A stretch of DNA of 64,000 bases from an uncultured Collinsella sp. (GTDB taxonomy: Bacteria > Actinomycetota > Coriobacteriia > Coriobacteriales > Coriobacteriaceae): positions 277-64,276 of the forward strand of contig CATYJA010000002.1 in assembly GCA_958407545.1 (NCBI GenBank), read 5' to 3'. The notes beneath the pieces are model-generated. The model made no database searches. It saw only the letters and a program-made list of their open reading frames with translations, and was not told the origin of the DNA. Every line of letters begins with the position of its first letter. Position 1 is the first letter of the stretch. This document shows, in pieces, positions 60,838-64,000 of the stretch. Made by a program: the position numbers and the translations under genes.

Positions 60838-61769
60838 TGGCTGAGGGGACCTTCGAGCTGCATCCAGGTGACGCGTTGTATCCCGAGACCGTTTTGGAGC
60901 TTTCTGATGTACCTCAGACGCTCTATGTGCGCGGCAACCCCGAGGCGCTTTCGACGCCCGCGCTCTCCATCATCGGCGCGCGCAAGGCCTCGCCGTATGG
61001 TCTTGCCGTGGCAGAGCTTGCGGCAAAGGTGGCGATCGAGGCGGGAGTGACGGTTGTTTCGGGCGGCGCGGTCGGTTGTGACCAGGCCTCGGGTTGGGCT
61101 GCGGTCAACGCCGGCGGCAAACACGTCGTGGTGCTGGGGACGGGCGCCGACGTGGTCTATCCGCGTTCGAGCGCGGGGCTTATTACTCGCACGCTCGATA
61201 CGGGTGGCGCGGTCGTGTCGATCTCTCCGTGGGGCATGGGTCCGCGCAAGTTCGCCTTTCCGCGCCGCAATCGCGTGATCGCGGCCCTGTCGCAAGCCCT
61301 CTTTGTATCCGAGGCGGGTATGCCTTCTGGGACGTTTTCTACAGCCGAGGCTGCTATGGATTTGGGGCGCGAACTTCTTGTCGTGCCGGGGTCGATCCTA
61401 TCGCCCGAGTCGCGTGGCACGAATTACCTCATTGCGAACGGTGCCTGCTGCATCGTCGACGAGGAATCTATCGAGATGGCTATCTCACGCATCTACGGAA
61501 CCCTGCGCTACTCGCGCCCCGATGCTCCCGGCATTGCCGACCTGGATCCAACGCAGCAGACCGTGATGCATGCGCTCATCGCCTCTCCGCTCAAGGTCGA
61601 CGAAATCGCGGCGCTCGTCTCGCTCGATGCTGTCGGCGTACTCAAACTCTTGGGTTCGCTTGAACTCGAGGGCCTTATCGAGCGCATGATGGATGGAAGG
61701 TATGCGCCCTCCAAGTTTGCCCTTCACGCCCAGACACCCTTCGGTCACAATGGAAAACGTGTCAATTAG
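60834..61769 (+). CDS. dprA: DNA processing protein DprA
   Basis: LYVRG, IIGAR..SPYG, VSGGAVGCD, FPRRNRVIAALS and a C-terminal winged helix. Confidence 0.94.
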   Translation: MMAEGTFELHPGDALYPETVLELSDVPQTLYVRGNPEALSTPALSIIGARKASPYGLAVAELAAKVAIEAGVTVVSGGAVGCDQASGWAAVNAGGKHVVVLGTGADVVYPRSSAGLITRTLDTGGAVVSISPWGMGPRKFAFPRRNRVIAALSQALFVSEAGMPSGTFSTAEAAMDLGRELLVVPGSILSPESRGTNYLIANGACCIVDEESIEMAISRIYGTLRYSRPDAPGIADLDPTQQTVMHALIASPLKVDEIAALVSLDAVGVLKLLGSLELEGLIERMMDGRYAPSKFALHAQTPFGHNGKRVN

Positions 61770-61783
61770 AAAGGTGTTTGCAG

Positions 61784-63121
61784 ATGCAGTTCGATCAGGT
61801 GACAGTTATCGGTGGCGGTCTGGCGGGTTCGGAGTGCGCGATCCAGCTGGCAGATCGCGGTTTTGCCGTAAAGCTGTGCGAGATGCGCCCCCAGGTGAGC
61901 TCCCCGGCTCACCATACCGATCACCTGGCAGAGCTCGTCTGCTCGAATTCGTTTAAGTCGACCCGTCCGGATTCCGCGGCTGGTTTGCTGAAGGCCGAGC
62001 TTGAGCGCATGGGTTCAGTCCTGCTCGATTGCGCCCATCGCGCGGCTGTTCCCGCCGGTGGCGCCTTGGCGGTCGACCGCGTCAAGTTTTCCGAGCTTGT
62101 CGAGGCCGAGGTTGCCGCTCGTCCCAATATCGAGGTCGTGCACGGCGAGGTCACGCAGATTCCCGAGGGTCACGTGGTCATTGCCGCGGGCCCGCTGTGT
62201 TCACCGGCGCTGAGCGAAGAGGTTATGAAGCTCGTCGGTGGCGATGCCCTGGCATTCTTTGATGCGGCGGCGCCGATCGTCGATGCCTCCACGCTCGATA
62301 TGGACGTGCTGTTCTCGCAGTCGCGCTACGAGGAGCAGGGGAGCGGCGACTATCTCAACGCTCCGCTCAATAAGGAGGAGTACGAGGCCTTTATCGAGGC
62401 GCTTACCACGGCCGACCGCGTGGTGCTCAAAGACTTTGAGGGCGGCGATCTGTTCCAGGCCTGCCAGCCTGCCGAGGAAGTTGCGCGCACCGGCAAGGAC
62501 GCCATTCGCTTTGGCGCCATGAAGCCCGTCGGCCTCACCGACACGCGTACCGGACGTCGCCCCTGGGCGGCGATTCAGCTGCGTGCCGAGAACAAAGAGA
62601 AGACCGCCTATAACCTGGTGGGCTTCCAGACCAACTTGACCTTTGGCGAGCAGAAGCGCGTCTTCCATATGGTGCCGGGCTTGGAGAACGCTGAGTTCTT
62701 CCGCTACGGTGTCATGCATCGCAATACCTTTGTCGACGCTCCGCACGTGCTCGATGGCACCTTTGCCGTGCCCGGTACCGGCGTGCGCCTGGCCGGTCAG
62801 ATCACCGGCACCGAGGGGTACATGGAAGCCGTGGCGACAGGTCTTCTCGCGGCGCTCAACACCTATGCCGAGGCTATCGGTGCCGCGGGCGTCGAGTTGC
62901 CGCGTGTGGGCGCCCTAGGTGCGCTCGTGGACTATGCGACCGATCCTGCCACCGTGGGCTATCAGCCTATGCATGTCAACTTTGGCCTGGTGCCGCCACT
63001 CGAGGATGGTAAGCGCCGCAGCAAGCGCGACCGATATCAGGCCTATACGGACCGTGCGCTCGAGGCCCTCGATGCCTACTTGGCCACGCGTTCCGACTTG
63101 TTTGGAGGCGACCGGTCATAG
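61784..63121 (+). CDS. trmFO: Folate/FAD-dependent tRNA U54 methyltransferase
   Basis: VIGGGLAGSE, AELVCSNS, FFDAAAP, NLVGFQT, RYGVMHRNTF and AGQITGTEGY. Confidence 0.96.
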   Translation: MQFDQVTVIGGGLAGSECAIQLADRGFAVKLCEMRPQVSSPAHHTDHLAELVCSNSFKSTRPDSAAGLLKAELERMGSVLLDCAHRAAVPAGGALAVDRVKFSELVEAEVAARPNIEVVHGEVTQIPEGHVVIAAGPLCSPALSEEVMKLVGGDALAFFDAAAPIVDASTLDMDVLFSQSRYEEQGSGDYLNAPLNKEEYEAFIEALTTADRVVLKDFEGGDLFQACQPAEEVARTGKDAIRFGAMKPVGLTDTRTGRRPWAAIQLRAENKEKTAYNLVGFQTNLTFGEQKRVFHMVPGLENAEFFRYGVMHRNTFVDAPHVLDGTFAVPGTGVRLAGQITGTEGYMEAVATGLLAALNTYAEAIGAAGVELPRVGALGALVDYATDPATVGYQPMHVNFGLVPPLEDGKRRSKRDRYQAYTDRALEALDAYLATRSDLFGGDRS

Positions 63122-64000
63122 CCTTTGACCTGTACGACACCGTCGACTCGTTTATCGCCTATATCGCACGCGTCGAGGGTCTTTCTCCCAACACGGTGAC
63201 GGCCTATGGCTCGAGGCTAGAGCGCTTTGCTGCCTGGTGCGAGCGCGAGGATATTGATGCTTTCGCTGCCGACGTGCGCACCATTCGTCGCTATCTTGCT
63301 GAGCTTTCGCGTGAGCAGGTGGCTCCCCGAACGCTTGCGGCGCACCTGTCGGCTATCCGATCTCTCTATCGCTGGATGGCTGCCGAGGGGATTGTCGAGG
63401 GCGATGCGGTCTCGGCGATCGCATCGCCCAAGCTGCCGCGTGACCTGCCGGGCGTCCTTACGACCAAGCAGGTCGAGGCGCTGCTCAAGACGCCTGATAC
63501 CTCGACGCCCGCGGGACTGCGCGATGCGGCGATGCTTGAGTTGCTCTATGCCTCCGGCGCGCGAATCTCGGAGCTCGCGGCGCTCAACGTGGAGTCTATT
63601 GGTTGGTCCGAGCGAACGCTGCGACTTTGGGGCAAGGGGAGCAAGGAGCGTATCGTCCCTCTGTATCGTCGCGCACTCGAGGCGACGCGTCTCTATATTG
63701 AGGAGGGGAGGCCGGAGTTGCTCGCTCAGGCAAAGCGCCGTGACCCCGCTACCGGGCCGCATCCGCTGCTTATATCGGCGCGCGGCAATCGCATGAGTGC
63801 CGCCATGCTCAGGCGGCGGTTCCATACGCTGGCGACGCTCGCCGGCATTCCGGCCGACATTGCCCCGCATGCGATGCGCCATACCTTTGCGACCGATTTG
63901 CTCGAGGGCGGTGCGGACCTGCGCTCGGTTCAAGAGCTGCTGGGCCATGCGAGCCTGTCTACAACGCAGATTTACACGCATCTCACGCCCGATCGGCTCA
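63118..64000 (+). CDS. xerC: XerC/D-type tyrosine recombinase, 3' end outside the window, apparent ATA start
   Basis: Own translation (not in the ORF track): LSPNTVTAY, RDAAMLELLYASGARISEL, GKGSKER, PHAMRHTFAT and LLGHASLSTTQIYTH, so the R-K-H-R-H-Y catalytic set is present. Confidence 0.9.
   Translation, partial: MAFDLYDTVDSFIAYIARVEGLSPNTVTAYGSRLERFAAWCEREDIDAFAADVRTIRRYLAELSREQVAPRTLAAHLSAIRSLYRWMAAEGIVEGDAVSAIASPKLPRDLPGVLTTKQVEALLKTPDTSTPAGLRDAAMLELLYASGARISELAALNVESIGWSERTLRLWGKGSKERIVPLYRRALEATRLYIEEGRPELLAQAKRRDPATGPHPLLISARGNRMSAAMLRRRFHTLATLAGIPADIAPHAMRHTFATDLLEGGADLRSVQELLGHASLSTTQIYTHLTPDRL

Noticed and set aside
63118..64000. Tyrosine recombinase as a prophage/ICE integrase
   Set aside because: Its size, motifs and dprA-trmFO-xer context match the housekeeping Xer recombinase.

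Overview
A GC-rich chromosomal segment, probably from a Coriobacteriia gut actinobacterium (Collinsella-like). This is inferred from codon style and gene content, not from a database match. Positions 1-17.3 kb are the right part of a mosaic rhamnose cell-wall polysaccharide locus: GT2 + DUF2304-like + DUF2142-like decoration genes, a double-GT2, rmlA, rmlB, an rmlC-rmlD fusion, a second polyprenyl-P GT and wzm/wzt. This part contains an IS21 element inserted into a decayed IS256 element, and a lower-GC two-gene cassette wedged between rmlA and rmlB. Positions 17.3-26.3 kb hold a complete shikimate/Phe/Tyr operon between two tRNA-Arg genes. The rest is core genome: a P-type ATPase, mreBCD-pbp2-rodA, a radical SAM pair, rplU-rpmA-obgE-nadD-yqeK-rsfS, dinB, rpsP-khpA-rimM-trmD-lepB, glyQS, ppdK with its regulator, rplS-rnhB, yraN-comM-dprA-trmFO and a xerC-like gene running off the end. 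The best candidate for an undescribed system is the cassette at 10359-11780. It looks like an ABC ATPase whose motifs are split between two genes (LSGG signature in one; Walker A/B plus a TOPRIM-like domain in the other), possibly an anti-phage module. Secondary observations are a candidate leader-peptide attenuator on the aro operon, a GTAG-type REP/REPIN-like repeat, a leaderless dinB and an apparent ATA start codon for xerC. All family assignments come from motif recognition by eye.
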